A stretch of 57,028 nt of DNA, filler included, from Bipalium vagum (taxonomy: Eukaryota), in assembly GCA_037834085.1 (NCBI GenBank). It is 3 parts of 3 records of this genome, joined end to end, with 100 filler letters (N's around TTAATTAATTAA, not from the genome) between each part and the next. Parts side by side here need not be neighbours in the genome. Positions count along the whole stretch, not along the records: positions 38,075 to 57,028 come from JBBMKC010011560.1; 2 more parts are not named here. The stretch is one strand, 5' to 3'. Positions within the stretch are counted from its first letter, which is position 1. The number at the start of each line of letters is the position of its first letter. The notes beneath the pieces are model-generated. The model had not been told where the DNA came from. It ran no database searches and was given only the letters and a program-made list of their open reading frames with translations. The position numbers and the translations under genes were made by a program. This document shows positions 38,909 through 52,680 of the stretch, piece after piece.

Positions 38909-39599
38909 TTTGGTGTCCAAATAAGTTTTTTACCGAATTTATTAAATTGATATTTCATTAAAAAGTTTATTATTTATTTTTCAGAAAATCAATTTGTTTT
39001 ATTAGATTACTTTAAATCAATCTTGTAATTTGATATTTTAAATATTATTAACTCATTTAAAAAATTCTAGTAGTTAAAATGGCGGATAGAAATTCAATCT
39101 TTCGTTCCTGCTTAGTGTATGAATTTAAGCTTGGGTCTCAGAAGCCAGCCAGGAATTTTTACGCATTTTGAAAAGGAGCGATAAAGGAAAATACTTCTTG
39201 TTTTTGGTCAGATAAGTTTTGCTCTGGTGATGAAAATCTGGAAGATACACCGAGATCTTGGAGACTCGTTAACATAAACAATGATGATTTGAGAAGAACA
39301 GATTTAAAGAACAGAACAGAGTCAGATTTAAAGAAACACTAGGGAACTTGGTTTGATATTTTATGTCAACGAAGATCTTAATCTTAATAATTATTTGAGA
39401 GAAAAGAAGTTGAAAATGAAATTATTTAATTTCTTCCTCAGTAAATAAAAAGATTTCTGTGAAAATGGCCTGACTAGTTGCAAAATTAATAAAGTATACA
39501 ATGTTATACATCATATTTAAATAAATAAATATATCTAGAATTAAAATGTTGTACTTTACTTTTTTTTAAAAATGGACAAGAACTTATTTGGACATTTAA
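38909..39599 (+). mobile_element. Internally deleted mariner, same family as 12586-13800
   Basis: Same TIRs (GGTGTCCAAATAAGTT...AACTTATTTGGACA) and 5' UTR; MADRNSIFRSCLVYEFKLGS; catalytic core deleted. Confidence 0.92.
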
Positions 39600-39949
39600 T
39601 ATAATGTTATCTTCGTGACATATCACACTTTGGCAAGAAAAAAATTACTGATTTTACATTTAACTTTATATTAACTATATTTTAATTAAAATAATCATTG
39701 TTTAAATAATACTAAAAGATTGACGATGGATTCAAATTTCAATGGGTAAGTTAATTTTATATATTGCTATGCTTCTTTTTTGTTTGTCAACTTCAGTATG
39801 AAAAATCAGTAAAAGCATTTGAAATATACTTTACTTTTCTTTTATCGAAAAGGAAAAATACATCACAATTTCTCAAAATGATGCGAAGTATGCGGTAAGA
39901 ATGTATTAAACAAAGGACAATGCTCTGAGTTGTTTTGTAAATTCTCATT

Positions 39950-40390
39950 TTTCACTTAAACATAAGCAACAAAATTTCGTCATGTAGGTAAAGGATTAAT
40001 TCTGATATTTACATAGATCAATTGACATGGAAATCCAACTAAAATGCCCAAGATTGTCAAACAATAAATGCATTGTTTTCATCATGACAATGTAAGACCA
40101 CATGATTCTTTGACCATTACTCCTGCTTATTATTTTCTTCGATCTAGGAAATCATCATTAGTAAAATGGTAAAAATTTTACTAATGATGAGGACGTCAAA
40201 TCCGACTTGTTGCTTTTCACTTGAAACTAAACCAAAAATGTTTTATGAACCATGAATTTTATTCTTCTGAGAAGATGGTCTTAGGTCCTTGATGACAGTG
40301 GACAATTCATAATTTAAAAAATATATCATTTCATATGGTTTTATGTCTTCTGTTTCTTCGAAAATAATTCGTTATTACTTTTTATCTCAC
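39950..40390 (+). mobile_element. Mariner 3' remnant
   Basis: FHHDNVRPH, RRWS*VLDDSGQFI. Confidence 0.65.
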
Positions 40391-40439
40391 GATGTTATAA
40401 AAATTATAATTAAAATAATAAATGAGCAAATATTGTTTA

Positions 40440-41260
40440 CCCTGTTTTAAAAATAACCGCTTGTCATAATTACGGCCTTTTCTTTAAAAATGCACATACA
40501 ACTTGAATTTCAAAGGGTTATTCGTTTTTGAATTTGAAGAGGACAAAAAGAAGGACATTAGTTTTTGGATACATTAAGTATATGGAAATGAAGCTCCATG
40601 AAAGACTATTTATAAATGGATGAAATTTTTTCTGGTAGAAAAAATGTATTTGATGAAAATAGAACGGAGGAAAAATTCAAAATATTAAAATATATTATGA
40701 AAGAAAAGAGACGGGTTACGCAAAGAGAGCTATTTACTTGAGTTAATTTAAGCGAGAAGAGTGTACAGAAAACGGTAGAGAATATTTGAATCAGAAAATG
40801 ATGTGATCGATTCGTCTCATGTTTTTGATAGTAGTATGTGAGGAAAGCAAATGCAAGCGTTCTAAAATAATTTGGTCATATTTCATAGTCTTAGACATTT
40901 TTGAAGAATATTATAAAGCAGGATGAGACGCTATTTGTGTTTACGTTTCGTACACCAAGTGTAAGTTCCGCGAATGGGTTTTCCCAGAGTAAAAGCTACC
41001 AGAAATGCTTCGTTCATAAATATTTAAAGGAAAATATCTAATGCTTAATGTAAAAAGCCGAAGATAGAGTCAAAAGAGACTCTCATAAGGCTAGTGCAAG
41101 ACTTTTTCAATATAAAGGATACATCTTTTTTCGAAATGGATATCTTTTTATTAGTAATGAAGTGCCTAGAAGCAGGTGATTATCAGAAAAATGATTCTGT
41201 GTGTTTAGGTATACATTAGATGAGTTTTTTTATAAAATGGTTCTTCACCAGGTCCACTTT
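40440..41260 (+). mobile_element. Very decayed mariner-like element
   Basis: FQRVIRF, RFVSCF, NIIKQDETL, KCLEAGDY remnants. Confidence 0.5.
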
Positions 41261-44200
41261 TTAACTTTAAAAAGATTAAATAATAATATTTTCTACTTAA
41301 AACTGCTTTTCCGTTTATTTCAACCGTTGCATCTTTATTTTATTAATTAATTTAAACAAATATAATTTGCACTTATATCAACAGTATTAACTTAAAAAGA
41401 ATTAATTATAACATGTAAAGGACTTCCCGGATGGCCTAATGGTTCATTTGTTTTAAATTAATAGTTTCATTTTAGTATCATTCATATTTCTGAACGAGTC
41501 TCAAGAATTCTTATAAACCCCAAGTATTTATGATTGTGAACAGTTCAAAATAATTCCAAAATTTTACTTAACATTACACAAGGTTACATAACCTTATATA
41601 AGATTTAGGTATTTATATAAGAACATTGTCAATCATAACTCATTTCAGTTTGAATGAAACAATCAAGGTCACAAAACAGGTTCCAATGTTCCACATTGTT
41701 CTTTTCATATTTTATTTTATTATTAATCTTTTATATTATAAAACAGGCCATATTGAACCATGTTATATGGTTCAATAAAACCGACAGAACACTCATTTAG
41801 AGACATTAGCGTGATGGCTTATCTGGTAAACATTTCGAAATACTTGAGTAGGACCTTTGTACCTGAAAAATCTGTTTGAAAATATGAGGATTTGTTGTTT
41901 GGATTAAGGTTTTATTCCATATAATAGGGGGGCACCAATTTCGATGAAGAAGACTGAAATAAATATACTAGCACCATATATGTCATATCTTTGCAACACG
42001 CAAAGGTTTCACCAGATTGCTAAATTCTTAAACAAACAAGGATATTATCATTACTATTTTATTAAATTCGTTACTGAAGAAAGATATTTTGAAATTTCTA
42101 TTTGTTCAGAGGTGGTATTGTTCTAGTTCCAAGAGCCTTCTTGGATATTTTTAGGTACTAAAAAATAAATGTCAAAATATATACTTCGTATATCATTTTG
42201 TTTTGATGCATTGTAAGGTAGAAGAAGCTCGGGGATAGCCAAAAAACTATCAAGATGGATGTTCTCAAAACCTAACAAAAACACATTTTAAAACAAAGAC
42301 TGAATGTCGGACAGTTCTAAATTTGGAGAAAAAGGCTGAAGACCATTCAAAGGTCAGAATAAAGTTCAAAAAGTCAACCATGTGAAACTTTAATTTGAGC
42401 ACGTAAATTAGTTGATTTTTCAATTTGATTATATAATAATCATCTATAGATTTGCCGAACTGATGAGATTTAGTCCCCTTAACAAATATTCTTCCTGTAA
42501 ACCCTCTATTTATTTATTCTAATTAACTTCGGAAATATGGAACGGGTTTATGATTGAAGGTAACCTCATTTTGTCAATTTGAAACTAATTTGCGACTAGA
42601 CAAATCAATCAATTGAATTGTGAAGTAAACTTTCAAACAGGAGAGAATGGTCAACATGTTAAAAAAGATAAAACCATCCAAAATTGCTACTCCATGCAAC
42701 TGTAAGAGTATCACAGATCGATAAAAACCCCCGAAAAAAACCAGTAGTTAATTAAAATTAAAGATTAAAAACTATTATAAATAAATACCGGAAACCGATT
42801 AAGACCATAACAAAACGAAGGTCAGAGTGAATACTATTTATCAGAAGGTCGGAAGTAATAAATAGAGGCAAGGTCACATGGGTGACCTCAGCACGTTTTA
42901 TAATATACATATTTTATTAATTTAAAATATTTTACAATATTGTGGGATTGAGATAAAAGGAAAGGTTTTTTCTAATTGAAAGATTTGTGAGGTGAATGGA
43001 CCAAAAATTACACAATGAAAAACCAAGGACTATTTATTATTCATTTAGATCGTTTTTCACCGTTGCCATTGTTATAAGACTTCTATTACAAAAAGCTATG
43101 ATCTTAACATTTAAAATAAAACTGAAATGAAAACATAAAATAATAATATCAGTATGATCTTGTATGATCATTGAAAATTGATATTTTCAGAGGTCAAGTG
43201 ATAATGAAGCAATGTCTGAAGGGTAGTAAGGTTATGAAGACGTTGTTTGTTTTAAATGATTACATTTAGTGACTGGGGGGGTTTATTAATGAATACTGAA
43301 TTAGAGGTGAGATTATTCTTTCGAGAAATCCCTTTGAGTTGTAATTTCCGCAGGAAATGGGGCAAGGTTAAGGAGAAAGAAACAAAACAGAAATAAAGTT
43401 CTTGGTCAAAAGAAAATTGGTTTTTAAAAAATTTTTTGAATTATTTGAAAAACTTATTACATTTTTGTTAAATTATTTTTCAACAAAATATCTTCAAAAC
43501 CATTTCTTATAAATTCTAAAAATAACTTTCGGAAACTTTCGTGATTACAAAATGATTACCTAAATGATTACAAAATTATTTTTTTATTTACCAAAATCGA
43601 TCAACAAAAAGGTTAAAATTACTAGGATCATACGGGTTGTCAATTAAGTAGCTTTACAACATTAAAGTGTAATAAATCTTTGAATATTTAGTTTTGTTTA
43701 GCTCAAATATTGCCTTGTGAAGGTTGATGTATAATATTTAAAATTGTAATATAATTATTTTAATTTTAAATTATGCTTCGATTGCGGACAGTAACACAAT
43801 TCGCGTTGAAGAATGAGTCAAAGTCGGTGAATTGAAATATAAATTTAACTTATCTATAATAATTTAACAAAAATATGGAAACCGGTAATGAATACTGACC
43901 AACCCAATAGACCAATAATCAATTCAATATTGAACAAATTCATCACCAAAATGTGGGCGTCAATAAAACAAGAGTTTGAAAATCTTCGATGAAAAGTCGA
44001 ACACGTCACTTAGACAACTGTCCAATGAATGTAATTCAACATATGAAGCAATCCACATATGTTATTTTAATATTTCATCTAATATTTATGTCAAATGAAA
44101 TCATCTATCATTTTTACAGTTTACTTAAGTTAACATAAACATTGTACTACCATATTGGAATTTATGAACCATGTCTAGATATTATTATTATTTATAATAT

Positions 44201-44844
44201 TAAGTAAAATGAGTGATATTATTCAAAGGTTAGGTTATCATTAATTTTTGGCACGTATAATGTTAAAAATTTACGCTTCTTATGTCTTTGACATTTTTTT
44301 TATACCAAGGAACCCTGATTAAATTAAACACATGATTTGTTTAAATCATTGTCGAAATTTTATAATTCCAGTGATAAAACCTCAATAATTTTTTCATGTG
44401 ATTATAACTTGTTCCGACTGATACCTACAATAGCACAATAAAAAAGATAATGATTAATTAATTAAAAATAAAGAATAATTAAATTTTAATTAATAATTTT
44501 GAGAATTTAATTGAAAATGTTTTTTAAGGTATTATTTAAATTTTTTTTTTGTTCTTAAAATCCATGGTAACCTTTATTAAAGAAACTAATTAATGATTTT
44601 TGTTACTTTTATATTTGTTAATGCTACCAGTGATAATTATTTTACACTTATCAAAATCTTATTCCTGAAACGTAATATAATTAGAATTTTTGAAATCATT
44701 GATAAGGATGTAACCTTTGGGTTTGGTTGGAGACTCGATAATTTACATAGATTAATAGGACAGGAAAGCTTAATTTTGACATTCTTGTTACTGGTTCCAG
44801 AATATATAAATAAAGGATTTGTCTGAAAATTATTTTATTTATTT

Positions 44845-45560
44845 TAGGTTGATTGGAATGTTTCTGTCGACTTTTTTTATAATTAAAAAATCAAAATTAA
44901 AAATCTATTTTTAAGCTTATTCAATAGAATAATTTCCATCAATATTAATGATCTTCTCGTATCATTGTGGTAAACACTCAATGCTACTCTGAAGAACTTT
45001 TCATTTCTCGTTACAAACAAATCGTCCAATGCCTTTTCGATAATACAATTATCTTTAAATCCTCGATATTTCAGGAAGTTTTGCATCGATCTAAATAAAT
45101 GAAGTCTGATGTAGCAATGTCAGAACTGCATGGTGGGTATGGAAGGAGTTCCGAGCCAAACTCCGTAATATTCTCATGAGTGATTTTGCACATATGCGGT
45201 CTGACTCGGACTTCATGAAATATGATTTATTTTCTATTTACCTGCGCTGCACGCTTCTTAATCAATGTAAGTCTCAAATGATCTTATTGGTTTTAATATA
45301 TTTTGAGAATAACTGTTTGGCCAATAATTAACAATTAATGGTAAATGGCCCTATTGATGTCCCACCAGATACACAACATTACTCTCTTCGGTTATAAGCT
45401 TTGTTTAAGTATAGCTAACGGAATTTTGATTTTTGCATATCCATTGACCTCTGTGATTTGTATTGATTTAGAAAATTCATTTCTTCTCTCCAATCGACAC
45501 ACAAACCAAAAGTGGACAAAATTTTTGTCTAGCAAGTAATGAAGACAAAATGGTAATTTT
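44845..45560 (-). mobile_element. Mariner, 3' two-thirds
   Basis: TIR TTAGGTTGATTGGAATG; VWWDINR, PYPPCSSDIATSD..LFRSMQNFL. Confidence 0.85.
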
Positions 45561-45718
45561 ATGCAAAACTTTATTTTGAGTTTGTTTTGAAACCGAACAG
45601 TATGCCAAAAAATCCCAATAAACTTCAAATGAGTTAAAACTGGTATATCATCAAGATCAAAATTATTCCCTTTGAGACGAAAACAAAAACTTCTCGAACT
45701 GTCCTTTCTGATACAGTA

Positions 45719-46930
45719 CAGTGGAACCTCTATATAACGAAACTTATTTTTAAAAATATTACGTAACGTGTTTTAATATTCAGCTTTAATATTTTAAAAA
45801 CTTCATAATGCGAAATTTAAAATCTAAAAAACTTAAACTAAGTTTGAGTGAAAAACTTGAAATTATTGAAGTCTCCAAAACAATTACCAACAACAGCGAA
45901 TTAGCTAAGTAATTTGTATGTTCCCAGAACAACAATAATTGGAATTTTAAAATCAAAAATGAAATTAAAAAATGCTATCCTATATGGCTCTGAATCCAAG
46001 TGCAAAAAAGGCCTTGTCGTTTGAAGATCTCAAAAATATGATGTTAACATGGTTCAGCAAGAAGGAGCACAAAATATTCTAATTAATGGCCAAATTCTTC
46101 AACAAAAAACATGCAAAATGGCAACTATGATGAAAATAGATTTATTCGGTGGCAGTAATCGATGGCTTGAAAAGTGTTTTAAAAGACATAGCATCGTATT
46201 TAATTCAAATCAAGGACAGTCAGAAGACATTAACATGGAGGAACTTCCTGTTTGGCGACAACATGATCTAAAAGATGAAATATCACAATATTCTGCAAAT
46301 GATGTTTTTAATGTTGATGAAACAGCTCTCTTTTTGAAAATATTACCGAACAAAGCATTGGCATATAAAGATGAACAATGTACAAATGATAAAGTAAGTA
46401 AAGAACGAATTACTGTTTTAATAGGTGTTAATATGACTGGCACTGAAAAGTTGCCTCTTGTCTATTTGGAAGATATAGAAATCCTCGTTGTTTCAAAAAT
46501 TCATTACTGCCCATTCAATATAGAGACAATAGTAAAGATAGGATGACTAAGAGTCTGTTTGAAGAATGGCTCACAAATTGGGACAAGAAACTTCAAAGAA
46601 AGGAAAGAAATATTTTATTATTTATCGACAATTGCTCAGCAAATAATTCAAATATTCAATTAAAATGTGTAAAATTTAAATATTTTTTTGCTAAATACAG
46701 CTAGTGAAGCATAGCCGAGGGACCAAGAAATAATCAAAAGTTTAAAGTGGATTATAAACGTCAAACAAATAAGTTGAAATATGGTGTTATTTTTCTGATT
46801 ATTTTAATTTTAAAATATAATAATTTTAAATTTTTATTCACTGGGTGATTATATAATCACCATTGGTAAACATATATATAACGACAGTTTGGCCGTTCCC
46901 GAGGGGTGTCGTTATTAAGAGGTTTAACTG
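45719..46930 (+). mobile_element. Tigger/pogo (CENP-B HTH plus DDE_1) element, deleted and frameshifted
   Basis: TIRs CAGTGGAACCTCT..ATAACGA and TCGTTAT..AGAGGTTTAACTG with TA flanks; LSLSEKLEII, SNRWLEKCFKRH, VFNVDETALF, KERITVLIGVNMTGTEKLPL, LFIDNCSA. Confidence 0.93.
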
Positions 46931-48059
46931 TATTTTGATTTATTGCACATATATTTCGGGCGGTTTTTGAAGTATTTGATCCTCGACAAACCTCTTAGAG
47001 CATCATATTTTTTCATGTTCTTAAAATCTATCTTTTAGTTGAAATATTTTTTAATGGTTTAAAAAATACCATACCCTTATTTATTGATTAATTATCAAAT
47101 AATTAAAAGTATTTTGTGAATGATATAATAACTAAATTGTTTTATTAATGAAATAAGTTAGCGAAAACATTCTCACCAACATAATAAATAAAATGTTTAT
47201 TCGTACTTCGTCTGGAATTAGAATAACATTAATTAACCAAATATTACATTTTCTGAAACTTAAAATTAATCAATAATAAACTTTTGGGAAAAACTGTTAC
47301 CAAAATTTAAAGGCAATTTATGGTTTTTAATACTACATTTTATACAAAATTCTTCTCATAAAATATTTGTTAGTTTATTGTTTCAGAATTTTTATGGTTT
47401 TATGCGTAAACTGTACATTTTCTCAATCTTTGTTATGTTACCTTATATTATTACATATATAGAAAAATATGTTTTATACGTGAAGTTGACACATTATAAA
47501 ATAAATGCAAAAAAAATTTACTAAATTCATTTACCAAGATTTAATATAAATGTCACTTTGCACTCCGAGAATGATTCAAGTGATCTAGAAAATATCATCA
47601 AACAGAGTTCACCCCACATGATAAGAGAAGTGAGAGCAATACCAAACATCTCTCTCGTACAACATAGAAACCCATCTGAGTACACAGGAGTTGATTCTTT
47701 GACTCAATATTACATAACCTCATAATATTTGTGATTCTAATATGCAACTCGAAATTTCAAATTTTTAATAAAATTTTCTTTTATTCTTTTTCTTTTTATA
47801 CTCTTTTCAACTACACGTATTTATTCATAATGATTGTTGTTTTAATTTTCATATTTGTTGCATTGTGATATTAGGTTGCAAATAAAAATTGACAACATTA
47901 AGTGGGATCAAAAAAACTTCAAAGAATATTTCATAAGTTAAAAAATTGTAATGCGTTTATAAAAATATATTAAAATATCATAAATTAATAAGAGAACCTT
48001 AAAAATACAATATATAAACAAAAATGAACATTTGAAGAAAACAGCTCCAAAAAAATTGA

Positions 48060-48313
48060 AGAGTTAAATAAGTTTGAAATTTTAATTTCTGCTCAATACA
48101 ACACTTTTCTTAACGGTCGTTTTTGGAATCAATTGATAAAATCGTAGAAGCATGCCAAGAGTTTTTTGATTTAAAGGATTGAGAATGATATTTTGATCAG
48201 TTTCGGAAGCTTGCTGACCGGTGGTAGAAAGTGATAGACAAGGATGAATTGTTTTTTTAATTGTTTTTAAATAAATTTTTCTTAACGGTTGTAGAACTTT
48301 TGGGCAAACCTAA
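48060..48313 (+). mobile_element. Mariner 3' remnant (TIR-like sequence also at about 47871)
   Basis: QFRKLADRW*KVIDKD; end GAACTTTTGGGCAAACCTAA. Confidence 0.6.
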
Positions 48314-49442
48314 AAAATAAATTTATCAAATTCTTTCTATTATATTCAAATATTAAAATAAAAATATTATTTATATTTGTAGTAATTCTCAATTTTTTAA
48401 ACTATTACATGGGTAAAATTTTTCTTTTTAGATCTTAATTTAGAATTAACAAATTAAGCAAACTATTATCGAAAGATTATATAAATTTATCAGAAAAGAT
48501 TCATGGGACTATCAAATTAACTAAACATGTACATATTCATCAATATACCCTTTTGCCAAACCTTAAGGCCATATATAATAACAACTTTATATTGCAACTA
48601 GAAAATGAAAGTCCACATAAGTCAAAACTAACAATATTTTTAAAAGAAATGCAGATAAATGTTTATACTGGTTTTCTCGCAGTTCTGATGTCTTTATTAA
48701 AGGATATATTCAAGTCTCTCAAAGATTTTGTATATAGAAAGAAAGATTTCAAAAATAAAGCGAACTTATAGTTAAAGATAACAAAAGTTGTTGAACAAAT
48801 AAATAACAATACACTTAAATGATTTGAAAGTTCGAAATGCTTTATATTAATAATTTTTAATCAAATTTTGTTGTACGTAAATTGATGAAAAACGTTTACT
48901 TGGCTAATTCACGTAAAATAGGAGATAAGGACCTTTAAATAAATCTTTATTTAATCATTATTATCAATATTTTTGTTTTAATTTCTTAATACATGTTGGT
49001 ATATTCACGCATAATTTAAATAACTGTTTTAATTTTAGACTTGGAAAAAAATGGAAAAATCAATTATTCATGAATCAGTAATATAATATTTTTATTTTAC
49101 TGCTTTGTTTTTTCTTACTAACCTACTGTACCTCAGTTGACATTACAAAACCCTATCAATTTGTCATTCTCAGTTGTTCATTGTTTCAATAATTCACCAG
49201 TTCTGCTTCTTGCCAATAGCAAATTGTATATTGTCATGATTTATGATGAATTTTATTGAGCTTGTTAAGAATTATGGACAAGGTTAAGGTTTTTATGGAT
49301 AACATTTCTTTTAAATGTTTTTCAATCTCTGAGATGTCAAATGTTGTATTTTTGGCTTTTGAGGACCCATAGAGTTTTAATCTGTCAAAAAAGATCCTGA
49401 GTGAACACTGAGAATATCAATTTGTATAATAATTACCTTTTA

Positions 49443-50632
49443 TTAGGTTGGTGCATAAATTCGTCCTGTTTTTCTAGACAAAAATTGAACTAAATTTTTA
49501 TGAATTATTTTCCGCTCTATTGTATGACCTTTTTCCATCTCTCCTACAGCTACATAATTCCGTGGTAATAGAAATCCTCATATTTCTGGCCGATGAAGTG
49601 ACCAGGTGATTTTTCAACTCTCCCAAGGAAAGAAACCTCTTATCACCTAATCTTTTTTGAAGTAATCTAAATAGGTAGGAATCAGTTAGTGCAAGGTCGA
49701 GAGAGTAATAACATCAAATTAGAGTTCCCATAACTTGTTTCGGGTAGCCAGAGACACTTGTGATCTAGCATTGTCTTGCTCTAAAACAATATCCTTTCTA
49801 TTTGCAAATTCATGACACTTATGATCGATGACTTGCTTCAGTTTAATTAGTTGTGAATATTATTTATCTGAATTAACGGTCTCCTTATCAGATAAGAGAT
49901 CCTACAAAATTATTCCCTTGTAGTCCAAAACAAACACAATTATTTTCTTCGGGTGTAAGTTGCCTTTGACACTACTTGACGGAGGTTCTGCGATCTTATA
50001 CAACTATCTCTTGGGGTTAAAATTATCATACAAAATAGATTTTTCATCCACTGTAACCAAGCACCTTAAAGATGGACCTATGTTTTTTCTCTTAAATAGA
50101 GTTTCAATATATATTGTAACGATAAACGACACATACTTTTGTAAGTCTGTGTGATAATTCATTTTATGAAAGAGTAATAAATGGTGAGAAATTCTTTTCT
50201 CCTTTTTTTAGTTACTTAAAAATGTTTCTCTCAATTTCTTGGCATGATTAATAATGATAATAAAATTTTTTAAAAACAAAGTTGATTTTTTTTAATATTT
50301 TACTTAATCAAGATCATTGATAGGTTAACGTGAACTGTAGTTGAAGGATATGTTTGTAGTTGTAATCAAGTCAAAAATCTCGTTCATATTGCAAGATGTC
50401 CTTGATACTTTCAGACTTTCTTTTTTACACAAAGGTAAATTGCCCGGATCCTTTTACTTTTCATCATTGGTTAAGTACGTGAAATAATATAACAGTTATT
50501 TTCAAATTACAGAACTGGATGCAATGTTTAAATTGATATACAATATGGCGTTAAATATTGAACCATTTAAACAAATTATACACGTTAAAATCCAACTATA
50601 CAGAAAACAATGCTCCTTAGTTTCTAACCTAA
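49443..50632 (-). mobile_element. Decayed mariner with both TIRs
   Basis: TTAGGTTGGTGCATAAATT ... TTTCTAACCTAA with TA flanks; LVTVDEK, EQDNARSQ, YSLDLALTDSYLFR. Confidence 0.88.
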
Positions 50633-51964
50633 TAGAATAATATTTTAAAATAATAATTAAAAATGTTCTCTAATTTTTTTTACTAAAAACAATTTTTCTG
50701 GTTTCAAAATTGGAAAATGTTAGCTTCATTAATCATTGAGATTTAATTTTCATTCCTTGTTTTAACCCGTGTAAACAGTAATAATTTGAATCGTCTGTTG
50801 ACAAGAAATTTAGTCCTAATTAAGAGAAATAGAACCACTGGAAATTTACTGTTTTTTCAGTAATAAACATTTTTTTCGAAAATTTAAAAATTAAATTTGT
50901 TTAAAGTGAACTAATTAAAATAATAGTACTTTTAAACCATTAATTTGACTTAACATCATAAGGTCAGCTGATCTTCATTGTCCAGTAATCACGAGTTCTA
51001 AAGAACTTTGAAAATAACAGCAAAGAGTAAAGGGTTCAGATGACATTTAAAAATAATATTTGTAAATCTTTAATATTGGAGTGAGACCGATGAAAAATTT
51101 GTCAGATTTTTTCATAATATTTCAGACAAAATTGGGTTTTTGATAAAACAAAATGATAATTGGTTATGTTAAGTGTTTCAATTGCAGTATCTAATGTATT
51201 GATATTGTTAGGCTTTGAAGATAAGTTGGTTAAAGTGATTTCAGACCCTTTCAGTGCTGCTGCTTAAGTAAAGTGACTTTTTAAGTTGACCGGAAGTAGT
51301 AGTTGCGTTTGAATTAAAAGGTTCGTATTGATCTAGTACATTCATAAATAGAACTCATAGAGCTGCCTAATAATAAAAGGAGAATTGATCGTTTTTGATT
51401 TTAAAACACGTCGTGAATATTTTTAAAGAAGACGAACTCTTACTGGTAATGTGGATTTCTCTTTTTTATGTCCTTCTTTTGTGGAGTTCAACCGAAAGCG
51501 AGCGACCCGGTAAGGTACTCAACTTTGGTCCATGAAGCCTGGAGGATTTTCTTGGTCAGTGAAAGTTATATTTCTTTATTTTATTATTAACTAATTTTAC
51601 TTTATTTTCTTTATTATTTTTTATCGATAACAGAATTTAAGAATAATTGTTTTATTTTGGTAATCGGTGATTATTTGGTCATTATATTTAGTGGTTTTCT
51701 TCAGTAGATTAGTGCGGGGTAATTGGGCCTGTAGATGGAGAGTAGTGGACATAATACTACTGTGTATATTGTGAAGTACCGATATCAAGTGGGCGCGATT
51801 AAGATTAAGATTACGAAGCAGAATACCATCTAGCGTTCTCACACACAAGAGTCCCACGTTCTGCAATTTACTGAATCCAATTTTCACAACATTCTGGAGA
51901 TTTAGAGTGAATTTTGACAGACTCTCTTACAGGTCTCCCGTGTTCTCAAAGCGCAGGATGTGTT

Positions 51965-52610
51965 ATGAGATTTTTTGTGAATTATTCATAAAGTCAACTT
52001 TTCATCAATAGCGACAATTCTTTTATTTTTGCATAATTGGTTATCCAACAACTTTTTACAAATTTGAAAGCTTAATCAATTTACAAATCTGTCTGTTGAT
52101 GTGGGTCTATTCAAGGATCTCTGTATCTTTTGTCAGGACATCGAAGTTATTAGCGAATTGTATATTTTGAATAACCTATTCGACCTGATAATTCACGAGT
52201 TGATAGAGATGTATTTGAATCTACACAATCCAATAGATCTTTGTCTTTAACGACCAAATGTCTTCCATAGCTAAGTGCACGTCAATGACAAGTATTACCG
52301 GAATTGAATTTCTAAAACCATCGCCTTGTTGTCGTCAAATTGAGAGCTTTTGGACCTTCAACTTCTATTATAAATCCGTGAATTCAGCGCCTGACATCTT
52401 TTTTAATAATGTAGAAAAACTATACGAATTTCATAGATTTTATTCGTTTTAATTGAGCGCTAAAATGAATATTAACACATATCTGTAAAGTTAATCTCAA
52501 TACTGTATTTTATTAATCAGGCTATGTAAATTTTCATACAATAAATTATTACCAGTTATTTAGCTTTAGAGTGGAAAATCAAAAATGGTCATTTTTATGG
52601 GACACCATAT
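51965..52610 (-). mobile_element. Mariner 5' half
   Basis: IIEVEGPKALNLTTTRRWF*KFNSG, LSTRELSGRIG, IVAIDEK. Confidence 0.75.
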
Positions 52611-52680
52611 TATTTAAATATGTGAAAAAATTAGTTAAAATAAAATTAAACCTAATTTATAATTAAATTTTTATGAACTA

